Shown here: piece after piece, positions 46,935-54,961 of the stretch
Position numbering within the stretch: position 1 is the first letter of the stretch
Layout: every line of letters begins with the position of its first letter
NCBI GenBank assembly: GCA_002440745.1
Contig: DJVB01000046.1
Span: 14,593 to 78,592 of the forward strand
Source of the DNA: Bacteroidales bacterium UBA6267
GTDB taxonomy: Bacteria > Bacteroidota > Bacteroidia > Bacteroidales > UBA1556
DNA length: 64,000 nucleotides
Reading direction: 5' to 3'
Notes under the pieces: model-generated
Seen by the model: the letters and a program-made list of their open reading frames with translations, nothing else
Database searches by the model: none
What the model was told of the DNA's origin: nothing
Position numbers and translations under genes: made by a program

Positions 46935-49564
46935 TATTGCCGAATTGCATTAATTTGGTTTTCGATAACCACAATCTTTTTCATGGCATCATCACGCTTT
47001 TTCTTCTCTAATTCAACCACTTGCGCAGGTGCATTTGCCACAAATCGCTCGTTAGAAAGCTTCTTTTCTACGGCTGCCAGAAAATTTTTGTTATAGTTCA
47101 ATTCTTGCGTAAGTCGTTCTAATTCAGCGTTCAAATCGACCTCATGAGAGAAAGGAATATAAAACTCAGTGGATTCCACCAGAAAACTATGGGCATTTTC
47201 GATTGGTTGATTGGTGTATTCAATTTTTTGAAGAACGCCCAATTTTTTCACAACCGAATCGAAAGTAGTTTTGGGGGCATCGTTATTATTTTTCTTCACA
47301 AAGAGGTCAACGGTTTCTTTTTGAGGAATATTTTTCTGTTTTCTAAAATTCCGAATAGCGGTAATTACCTCATAAGCCATATCAAATTCCTTCAATAAAT
47401 CTTCATTAAAAAGCTTGTATTCAGGATAATGACTAATAATTATGTCGGTTTGCTGAGGTCGTAAAAGATGCCAAATTTCTTCGGTAATGAAAGGCATAAA
47501 GGGATGCAAAATTTGCATAAGGGTTTCAAATATGCCAATGGTTTTTTCAATGGTAAGCTTATCAATTGGTTGGCCATAAACCGGTTTAACTACTTCAAGA
47601 TACGTTGAGCAGAAGTCGTCCCATAAGAGTTTATAGGTAGTCATCAGGGCATCGGAAAGTCTGTATTGCTCAAAATGTTCGTCAATCTCCTTGAGCGTTT
47701 GGTTGATTTTGTTTTCCATCCAATGGATAATTGCGGCAGAGTGATTGGGTTGCGAAGTTTCGGCAATGTCCCAACCTTTCACCAATCGTAAAGCATTCCA
47801 GATCTTATTGCTAAAATTTCGGCCTTGTTCGCAAATCGCCTCATCGAAAGGAAGGTCGTTACCGGCAGGAGAAGTGAGGAGCATTCCAAGGCGAACACCG
47901 TCAGCTCCATAGTTGCTTATAAGCAGAAGAGGATCAGGAGAATTGCCCAAGCTTTTGCTCATTTTTCTGCCAAGTTTATCTCGAACTATACCAGTGAGAT
48001 ATACCTTTTCAAATGGTTTTTGGGAGCGATATTCATAACCGGCAATAATCATACGAGCAACCCAAAAGAAAAGAATTTCGGGTGCGGTAATCAAATCATT
48101 GGTAGGATAATAATAGTTGATTTGCGGATTATCAGGATTGCGTATTCCGTCAAAAACAGAAATGGGCCAGAGCCACGAGGAGAACCAGGTATCTAATACG
48201 TCAGGGTCCTGATTCAAGTCGGCGGAGCTAAGGTTTGGGTTGCCGGTTTTTACGCGAGCCAGTTCAAGAGCATCAGTTTCGTTTTGGGCAACCACAAAAT
48301 CTTCCATTCCATCGCCATAGTACCAAGCCGGAATGCGATGACCCCACCAGAGTTGTCGCGAGATATTCCAATCTCTCACATTCTCCATCCAGTGGCGATA
48401 GGTGTTTTTAAACTTAGCCGGAATCAACTTCACCACGTCTTCCATTACCGCTTGCAAAGCAGGTTGAGCAAGCTCTTCCATCGAGAGAAACCACTGATGC
48501 GAAAGTCGCGGCTCAATAACGCTTCCGGTTCGTTCAGAAGTGCCAACTTTATTCTGGTAGTCTTCTATCTTTTGAATAAACCCAAGCGATTCCAATTCTT
48601 TTACAATAAGTTTGCGGCATTCAAAACGGTCTAAACCTTCATAATGAAGTCCATAAGCATTCAAAGTTGCATCCTCATTAAAGATGTCGATAATCTCTAA
48701 CTGATGTTTTTCACCGATGATTTTATCGTTAGGATCGTGAGCGGGAGTAATTTTCAGACAGCCGGTTCCAAACTCCATATCCACATATTCGTCTTCGATA
48801 ATTGGTATGGAACGATTGGCAATAGGAACGATAACCCGTTTTCCTTTTAAGTGCGTAAAACGCTCATCGTTAGGATTATAACAAATGGCAGTGTCGCCCA
48901 AGATAGTTTCCGGTCGGGTGGTAGCAATGATGATATGATTGTTTTCGTTTTCGATGGGATATTTCAAAAAATAAAGCTTTCCGTTGGATTCCTTATAAAT
49001 AACTTCCTCATCCGAAACCGTTGTCTTTGCTTCAGGATCCCAGTTGACCATGCGATAACCACGATAAATTTTACCTTTTCGGTATAAGTCAACAAAAACC
49101 TGTATTACAGATTCCGACATATCCTCGTCCATTGTAAATTTGGTTCGGTCCCAATCGCACGAAGCCCCGAGTTTTTTGAGCTGTTCTAAGATAATTCCGC
49201 CATGTTTATGCGTCCAATCCCAGGCATGATTCAGAAATTCGTCTCGGGAGATGTCTGACTTTTTTATGCCGCTTTCACGAAGCTTCGCAACAACTTTTGC
49301 CTCAGTAGCAATGCTCGCATGGTCGGTGCCCGGAACCCAACAGGCATTTTTTCCTTGCATTCTTGCCCTGCGAATCAATACATCCTGAATGGTATTATTA
49401 AGCATGTGGCCCATGTGTAAAACTCCGGTAACATTTGGAGGAGGGATTACTATAGTGTAAGGTTCACGATGGTCAGGTTCCGAATGAAAATATCCCTTTT
49501 TCATCCAGTGGTCATACCATTTTTTCTCGATACTTTCGGCGTTGTATTTTGCTGCTATCTCCAT
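46934..49564 (-). CDS. valS: valine--tRNA ligase
   Basis: 876 aa. '[13 protein letters not shown]' (HIGH), 'KMSKSLGN' (KMSKS), an editing domain and a C-terminal coiled coil. Confidence 0.97.
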   Translation of the reverse strand: MEIAAKYNAESIEKKWYDHWMKKGYFHSEPDHREPYTIVIPPPNVTGVLHMGHMLNNTIQDVLIRRARMQGKNACWVPGTDHASIATEAKVVAKLRESGIKKSDISRDEFLNHAWDWTHKHGGIILEQLKKLGASCDWDRTKFTMDEDMSESVIQVFVDLYRKGKIYRGYRMVNWDPEAKTTVSDEEVIYKESNGKLYFLKYPIENENNHIIIATTRPETILGDTAICYNPNDERFTHLKGKRVIVPIANRSIPIIEDEYVDMEFGTGCLKITPAHDPNDKIIGEKHQLEIIDIFNEDATLNAYGLHYEGLDRFECRKLIVKELESLGFIQKIEDYQNKVGTSERTGSVIEPRLSHQWFLSMEELAQPALQAVMEDVVKLIPAKFKNTYRHWMENVRDWNISRQLWWGHRIPAWYYGDGMEDFVVAQNETDALELARVKTGNPNLSSADLNQDPDVLDTWFSSWLWPISVFDGIRNPDNPQINYYYPTNDLITAPEILFFWVARMIIAGYEYRSQKPFEKVYLTGIVRDKLGRKMSKSLGNSPDPLLLISNYGADGVRLGMLLTSPAGNDLPFDEAICEQGRNFSNKIWNALRLVKGWDIAETSQPNHSAAIIHWMENKINQTLKEIDEHFEQYRLSDALMTTYKLLWDDFCSTYLEVVKPVYGQPIDKLTIEKTIGIFETLMQILHPFMPFITEEIWHLLRPQQTDIIISHYPEYKLFNEDLLKEFDMAYEVITAIRNFRKQKNIPQKETVDLFVKKNNNDAPKTTFDSVVKKLGVLQKIEYTNQPIENAHSFLVESTEFYIPFSHEVDLNAELERLTQELNYNKNFLAAVEKKLSNERFVANAPAQVVELEKKKRDDAMKKIVVIENQINAIRQ

Positions 49565-49735
49565 GATTTATCTCGATTCATCCATATTTAAAATAAGGCT
49601 GCGAAAATACAAAGATTTGTCCTTTAACCACATTCAGGATTTTACGATTCATAAACAGACCAATTTGTAATAATTATTAGGTTTTTAAAGCAAAAAATAC
49701 CTGTTTTAGGGTATTTCTATAAGCTCATATTGAAG

Positions 49736-49743
49736 TAGTTTTG
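49736..49743 (+). promoter_or_regulatory. Bacteroidota -7 promoter box (TAGTTTTG)
   Basis: 'tagttttg' lies 34 nt upstream of the ATG at 49777. This argues against the TTG start at 49741 given in the ORF track. Confidence 0.45.
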
Positions 49744-49776
49744 CATTCTAATTTACTAACCGATAAACAATATCTT

Positions 49777-50376
49777 ATGAAAAGAGTTTTGACATTTTTA
49801 TTCTTGGGTCTTTTAAGCCTTTCTGTAGTTTTCGTTTCATGCAAAAAAGATGAAGAAACAGACGATAACACCACTCCGGTAGTGACAAATAAAATGGTAT
49901 TTAACGGCACAACTTATGCATTATCAAATGCTTATGTGTTTTATTATGGAAAAAGCAATGAAACGCCGGTTTCCTACAATTTAGATTTAGTATTATCCTC
50001 ATCAGGATTTACTTATAATGAAGATTCCATGGATTATGTCGGCACAGGTGATGCCATTTATTTTGAATTATTCTCTAATGATTCCACCAAATTCACCAAT
50101 GGAACTTATCCGATGGATACCATTAATGCCGGCTTCCCTTTTACCTTCGATTATGCTGAAGTGCTAATAGGCTTTAATGCTTCCACCGGTGCAGGCTCTT
50201 ACGAAGACCTTGTTTCAGGTTCTTTGGTTGTTGCCACATCCGGCTCCAACTATGTTTTCACTTTTACCGGAAAATCGAAAACCGGAAAAGACGTAACCCT
50301 CTCTTATACAGGTGGTATTACCAAAACGATTGACGATTCTAAATCAAAAGGCAAAACCAGAACATTAGCTCATTAG
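49777..50376 (+). CDS. hypothetical lipoprotein
   Basis: Start at the ATG at 49777 (MKRVLTFLFLGLLSLSVVFVSCKKD, with a lipobox). Followed by a strong terminator. Confidence 0.6.
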   Translation: MKRVLTFLFLGLLSLSVVFVSCKKDEETDDNTTPVVTNKMVFNGTTYALSNAYVFYYGKSNETPVSYNLDLVLSSSGFTYNEDSMDYVGTGDAIYFELFSNDSTKFTNGTYPMDTINAGFPFTFDYAEVLIGFNASTGAGSYEDLVSGSLVVATSGSNYVFTFTGKSKTGKDVTLSYTGGITKTIDDSKSKGKTRTLAH

Positions 50377-50398
50377 TAACACGCAATAGATGTATCCT

Positions 50399-50431
50399 AA
50401 ACCCGAAGACATTGGTTTTCGGGTTTTTTTG
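50399..50431 (+). terminator. rho-independent terminator
   Basis: Stem 'acccgaa' (50401-50407) pairs with 'ttcgggt' (50418-50424), followed by a T7 run. It lies 22 nt after the stop. Confidence 0.8.
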
Positions 50432-50569
50432 TTTGAGGGATTTTTAAACCCCCATAAAAAATGCGATACGTTTAATCTAAGAATTAGGTCTTTTATCATA
50501 TCTCTTCCTTTCAACATAAATGTATCCATTTTCAAATGATTAACAATAAAATAATTAGCTTAATCATTA

Positions 50570-50884
50570 TTACTCATCCAATGTTTTGTAGTATGATAAT
50601 ATTTTATTTACGAAGAAATTTCCGAATTGATCCATATCATAGATGATATACCATGAGGTTCGCTTATTCCTACGATATTGGAAGACCTTTTTACCATGTT
50701 TTTTATGTGAAGAATATTTACAATTAAAATGATAAGTTTTTTTTTCAATATTATAACATTGTTCAACTAAATCGTCAATATAAGTATCAATAAAAGATTT
50801 TGTCAGTTCAATTTTTTCCCATGAAATTAGACCATCAATTATTTTTTCTAAATCCTCAATAACTTGATTATTTATGTAAACCAT
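50570..50884 (-). CDS. hypothetical small protein, possible RelE/ParE-fold toxin
   Basis: Start taken at the ATG at 50884 (MVYINNQVIEDLEKI...). C-terminal 'RTSWYIIYDMDQFGNFFVNKI' is reminiscent of ParE-type beta-strands. It overlaps the upstream small ORF by 17 nt. Confidence 0.3.
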   Translation of the reverse strand: MVYINNQVIEDLEKIIDGLISWEKIELTKSFIDTYIDDLVEQCYNIEKKTYHFNCKYSSHKKHGKKVFQYRRNKRTSWYIIYDMDQFGNFFVNKILSYYKTLDE

Positions 50885-51074
50885 GTTGTTTAATCTTATC
50901 AAAGATTCTTTCCTTTGCCAAAACTCTAAATTCTTCAAGTGTAATATAACCTTCAGGAATGCCATCAGAAGAATTAGAGTTTTCGAACTCAACCGTTTTA
51001 GGATGTTTTCTCAGTTCCCTTATAAGTCTTTTGCCGGTAGGCGTTTCCGAATTGATTTTTACAGTTACTTGCAT
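50868..51074 (-). CDS. hypothetical small protein, possible antitoxin partner
   Basis: 68 aa from the ATG at 51074 (MQVTVKINSETPTGKRLIRELRKHP...). Placed upstream of, and overlapping, the 105-aa ORF. Confidence 0.3.
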   Translation of the reverse strand: MQVTVKINSETPTGKRLIRELRKHPKTVEFENSNSSDGIPEGYITLEEFRVLAKERIFDKIKQHGLHK

Positions 51075-51418
51075 AATAGGCGTCAATCTTGATTTAAAGC
51101 ACAAATATACGCAAACTATGTTGTATTCCTAATGTGATTTATTTCAAACTAATAATTTTAATAATCGTTTGATAAAATTCACCTTAAGTTGACACTATAA
51201 AACTTAAACAAAAAACATATCATTCTGATTTACAATATCCTCTCTTGAATAGCAATCCATCTATTGTTAAAAGTGATTTGTTTGCCAAAACCTTGAGGTA
51301 TCTCCCACGTTAGGAAACAAGGTTAAAATCCTAATTATCGAAAACAATTTGATTTAAAACATTCCATATTATTCCATATCTTAGCCGATTAAATTCCTTA
51401 ACCCTAAAACCACAAATC

Positions 51419-52231
51419 ATGAAAGAAGAAAGTCATCTCAAATCCAATGGTCATTTGAAGAATAGTTTTTATTTGGAGGAATTAAAGCGCCTTCAGATTG
51501 AATTGGTTAAACTTCAGGAATTTATCAAGGCTAACAGCTTGCGTGTGGTGGTGATATTTGAGGGGCGCGATGCTGCCGGCAAAGGTGGCGTAATTAAACG
51601 CATCACCGAAAGACTTAACCCTCGCATTTGTCGCGTTGTGGCATTGGGCACCCCGACAGAAAAGGAGAAAACGCAATGGTATTTTCAGCGATATGTGCCT
51701 CATCTGCCGAGTGGTGGCGAAATGGTTTTATTCGACCGATCATGGTATAATCGTGCAGGTGTGGAGCGCGTTATGGGTTTTTGCACAGACGACCAATATT
51801 GGGAGTTTTTGCGGAGCTGCCCAAACTTTGAACGGATGTTGATACGTAGCGGAATGATTCTTATAAAGTACTGGTTCTCAGTTAGCGAAGAAGAACAAGA
51901 AAAGCGTTTTCAGTCGCGGCTTCACGACCCCAGCAAACGTTGGAAACTCAGCGACATGGATTTGAAATCGAGAGAAATGTGGGTGGAATACAGCCGCGCA
52001 AAAGATGAAATGTTTAGCTATACCGATACGAAAATTTCGCCGTGGTATGTGGTCAATGCCGACAACAAACAAAAGGCTCATTTAAATTCCATCAGACATA
52101 TTTTAAAGATGATTCCTTACGAAGATTTAACACCGCCCCCAATCGAGCTTTCGCCACGTCCGCACGCAAAAGGCTATGTGCGACCACCAATCCAAGAGCA
52201 AACATTTGTTGAGGATTTCTATAAAGCTTAG
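51419..52231 (+). CDS. ppk2: polyphosphate kinase 2
   Basis: 270 aa. Walker A 'FEGRDAAGKGGVIKRI', 'FDRSWYNRAGVERV' and 'KRWKLSDMDL' are PPK2 hallmarks. Confidence 0.9.
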   Translation: MKEESHLKSNGHLKNSFYLEELKRLQIELVKLQEFIKANSLRVVVIFEGRDAAGKGGVIKRITERLNPRICRVVALGTPTEKEKTQWYFQRYVPHLPSGGEMVLFDRSWYNRAGVERVMGFCTDDQYWEFLRSCPNFERMLIRSGMILIKYWFSVSEEEQEKRFQSRLHDPSKRWKLSDMDLKSREMWVEYSRAKDEMFSYTDTKISPWYVVNADNKQKAHLNSIRHILKMIPYEDLTPPPIELSPRPHAKGYVRPPIQEQTFVEDFYKA

Positions 52232-52379
52232 AAAGAGAATTCATTACAGTAAAAGGTAGAACGAGATGGCGCTTGGCGCAGTGGCGGATTTCGGAGCTCG
52301 TTCCAGTCAGGTAGGACGGAATGTTACGAGAATCCAGCGTACGACACTCCACGACCTATGCAATGCAATTTACAATTTG

Positions 52380-53633
52380 TTAGGCTTCGTGTTTTTCATT
52401 TACTATTATTATTCCATTTACTTGTTGCTTAAATATTTCTTTTTCAATTAGAATCCTAATTGCAACAGAAACTACTTTATTTGAGAGGCCGAGTTTTTCA
52501 GCTAATTTCTTGTGAATACCTTTTTCCCATGGCTGTTCGGGAAGATTTATTCTAATTAATTCTAAAGTCTCATCATCAATGTGAATTAATTTTCCTTTTC
52601 TTTTTAATTTCTTTTTTTGTCCAACATCATCGCGAGGGGTTTCAACATTTTCAACCAGTTTTAGGTTAATTATTTGTTTTTTCTTGGCATATTTGAGATG
52701 AGAATAGTATGCTTTTACTTGTCTAAACGAACCTGCTATTATTATATCTAATTCATTCTCAGATAATAGAATTTTATCAACCAAAATATTTTTTAACATT
52801 TCAAATTCATCATTAACCCAAAATTCAAAATCTGTGTTTAAGAATTCAAGTTTTAATTCAGGTTGTAGAATTTGAATATTGTATTTCACTTTTCGTTCAA
52901 ATGATGATTGTTGAATACTTGAAATTGATAATTCATTAATTTTATTTAAAACTAATTCATTCGTTCTTTCAGCAAATACATTTATATCTTTTAAACAAGT
53001 TTTTAGATAATTCTCATCGACCGATATACCAACTTTATTAGAGATATTATATTTATTTCTGAAATGAGTGTCCGTCCTTCCTAATTTATGAATAATTAAA
53101 TGTCGAATTTCGTGATATTCAATCATTTTTTGTTTACCCGGAGGAATATGTAATAAATCAATATTTAATTTTTTCTTATATGTTTTTATAATTTCAGTAA
53201 AACCTCCTGATGAAAGATTCCGGCACTCCTTATTTATAATTATATTAAATAAATCGGAAGTGCTTTTCAATGATAAAAGCTGAGCTTGATTAAAAGTATG
53301 CACTTTAGATTGTTCTTTAAATGGAACTTTTGTAATTATAAAAATGTCTCTAAAAGCATCAACAAGAAAAACTTCTAATGCTGAAATAGCTCTAACCAAG
53401 GTTTGTTGATTTAGTGTTTTCTCAAGACTTGAGATACTGTTTTTATTAAAGCTACATATTCCACTGGGTTTAGTGTTAAAGCCATTATCATCAAGAAATT
53501 CTTTATGATGTATATTTTTTTGAAATTTTTTCAATTCTCCAACTTTATTAAAGGCATACATTGTAGAATTTAAAAATTTTCTTAATTCTTTAATTTCAAC
53601 TTCAAAGATTCTATATGATTTAAGTTTTTCCAT
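52380..53633 (-). CDS. orphan HEPN-motif protein with C-terminal wHTH-like segment (putative RNase toxin / defence protein)
   Basis: Start taken at the ATG at 53633 (MEKLKSYRIF...). 'YHEIRHLIIHKLGR' fits the HEPN R-x4-H motif. The preceding helical region ('AISALEVFLVDAFRDIF', 'GGFTEIIKTYKKKLNIDL') resembles RiboL-PSP/Abi-type HEPN. The C-terminus 'IHKKLAEKLGLSNKVVSVAIRILIEKEI' is HTH-like. The DNA is very AT-rich. Confidence 0.45.
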   Translation of the reverse strand: MEKLKSYRIFEVEIKELRKFLNSTMYAFNKVGELKKFQKNIHHKEFLDDNGFNTKPSGICSFNKNSISSLEKTLNQQTLVRAISALEVFLVDAFRDIFIITKVPFKEQSKVHTFNQAQLLSLKSTSDLFNIIINKECRNLSSGGFTEIIKTYKKKLNIDLLHIPPGKQKMIEYHEIRHLIIHKLGRTDTHFRNKYNISNKVGISVDENYLKTCLKDINVFAERTNELVLNKINELSISSIQQSSFERKVKYNIQILQPELKLEFLNTDFEFWVNDEFEMLKNILVDKILLSENELDIIIAGSFRQVKAYYSHLKYAKKKQIINLKLVENVETPRDDVGQKKKLKRKGKLIHIDDETLELIRINLPEQPWEKGIHKKLAEKLGLSNKVVSVAIRILIEKEIFKQQVNGIIIVNEKHEA

Positions 53634-53807
53634 ATTTGCATTGACATGAAGCACAACGAATGTATATCCACCTTTATGGCGGCTATTTCGTATTTAGTTG
53701 AAGTTTGTATATTCAGTTAATTCCTTGTATCTTAAAACTTTATCCGTTTTGAAAATCTTACTTTTGGTTTTCTCCATAGTTCGTAGTTTGATGTGATGCG
53801 ACTAAAA

Positions 53808-54138
53808 AATTCAGCAGCAAATATAGTTATTATCATTGTTGTCCGATAATATTATATTTAGTCCCTACGGGACTTTCTACCAAATCGTAATATCCTTTCT
53901 ACCAATATTTTGTCCCAAACGGGACAGCCCTGTTAAGGGCTAAATATTGGTAGAAAAAAAGTAACCCAAGAAATTCCAAAAGTCCCGTAGGGACGAGATA
54001 TTTCTGGTGTTCCAGCAAATTTCAAGGTTTTTTATCGGACAACAATAAATTACTATTTCAAAACCGGAGGAAAATCAGGAAGGAAGATTTGCTGAATTGG
54101 TTGAAATTTAAACGGAACTCAATATTTCCTGCTTCCTG
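53808..54138. repeat. multiply nested imperfect palindrome (candidate structured RNA or MITE-like element)
   Basis: Arm pairs: 53808-53822/54087-54098 (12 bp plus a 3-nt bulge); 53835-53849/54032-54046 (15/15); 53861-53873/53982-53994 (13/13). A further pair is 53896-53910/53942-53956 (15/15). Central hairpins are gtccc-aaac-gggac (53912-53925) and agccct-gtta-agggct (53926-53941). An extra pair lies at 54076-54082/54132-54138. Confidence 0.85.
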
Positions 54139-54198
54139 TGACTTTCGGGAAAAAGGGATATTCGAGAATTGTGAAGGTTAGTTACTGTTTGGTCGTTT

Positions 54199-54609
54199 TT
54201 ACTCTACTTTACTCCAATCCTCAATATACTCAACCCCTTCATCAAAGTAGTCAAAGGTCAATGCGTTGTTCGAAATACGAAAATTATACAATCTTTGTTT
54301 ACTATTATAACTAAACAAAATTGTACTGTCGGTATCTATTTCAAATTGCCCGATTGTTTCATACCCGGAGCCTACCCTTCTGAAATCCCCCTTTTGATCA
54401 TCAATGTTGTTACCGGTTGTAAATTCGAGGGTGTCATAATGGACTATCATATCAGTTATTCCATTTATTGTAAGTGCCTGTAGCCTCCAATTTCCCAGAA
54501 TGCCAAACTTCTCTAAATTGTCAGGCACTTCATTTTCTTTTTTCTCACAACTGGATAGTGAAATCAGTGAAATAACAATTAAAATCAATAAAATATTGGT
54601 TCGTAGCAT
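54199..54609 (-). CDS. lipocalin-like lipoprotein (hypothetical)
   Basis: Start at the ATG at 54609 (MLRTNILLILIVISLISLSSCEKK, with a lipobox). 'GILGNWRLQALTING' resembles the lipocalin-like G-x-W motif. Confidence 0.5.
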   Translation of the reverse strand: MLRTNILLILIVISLISLSSCEKKENEVPDNLEKFGILGNWRLQALTINGITDMIVHYDTLEFTTGNNIDDQKGDFRRVGSGYETIGQFEIDTDSTILFSYNSKQRLYNFRISNNALTFDYFDEGVEYIEDWSKVE

Positions 54610-54961
54610 CTTTATCTTAATTCGTAAATAAATCTTTGCAAAGGTATCTTGAACCCATTTAAAATTTGGTACATGGTGGATTATTATTAAGTTAATTTTC
54701 GATAATTTGTCTTTGAATTGCATATCGGATAATTAGCTGAATTTTAGTATTATACATATTGTGAACTTTTGTTTAGAATCTACTCCAAAGCTCTGTTTTT
54801 AAGGCAATTAGGTGCAATTTTAGCAGCAAATGTAGTTTTTTAACCAAACAGTTTTTAATTTATGAAGTTTTTTGAAGCCTAAAATCTTAAGGCAGCTCAA
54901 AAAACCAAGGTCGGTTTTTAAATTTCTCTTGGATAAAGGTCTTTTTTGAACTGCCTTAAAT

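Noticed and set aside
49693-49707. Identical 15-mer 'aaaaatacctgtttt' upstream of two secreted-protein genes (49693-49707 and 59674-59688), considered as a shared regulatory site
   Set aside because: In AT-rich DNA of this length a few identical 15-mers are expected by chance (rough estimate N^2/2 x p^15 with p about 0.28). The distances to the -7 boxes also differ (29 versus 36 nt). It is worth a genome-wide motif search but is not supported on its own.
52255-52360. tRNA-like or tmRNA-like GC-rich segment
   Set aside because: No acceptor/T-arm cloverleaf can be drawn, and there is no GTTCRA T-loop motif.
53835-54046. The palindrome as an integron attC site or IS terminal repeats
   Set aside because: The arms lack the RYYYAAC/GTTRRRY core sites of attC. 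No integrase or transposase ORF is nearby, and the region has no coding capacity. A non-autonomous MITE remains possible and is kept in the findings.
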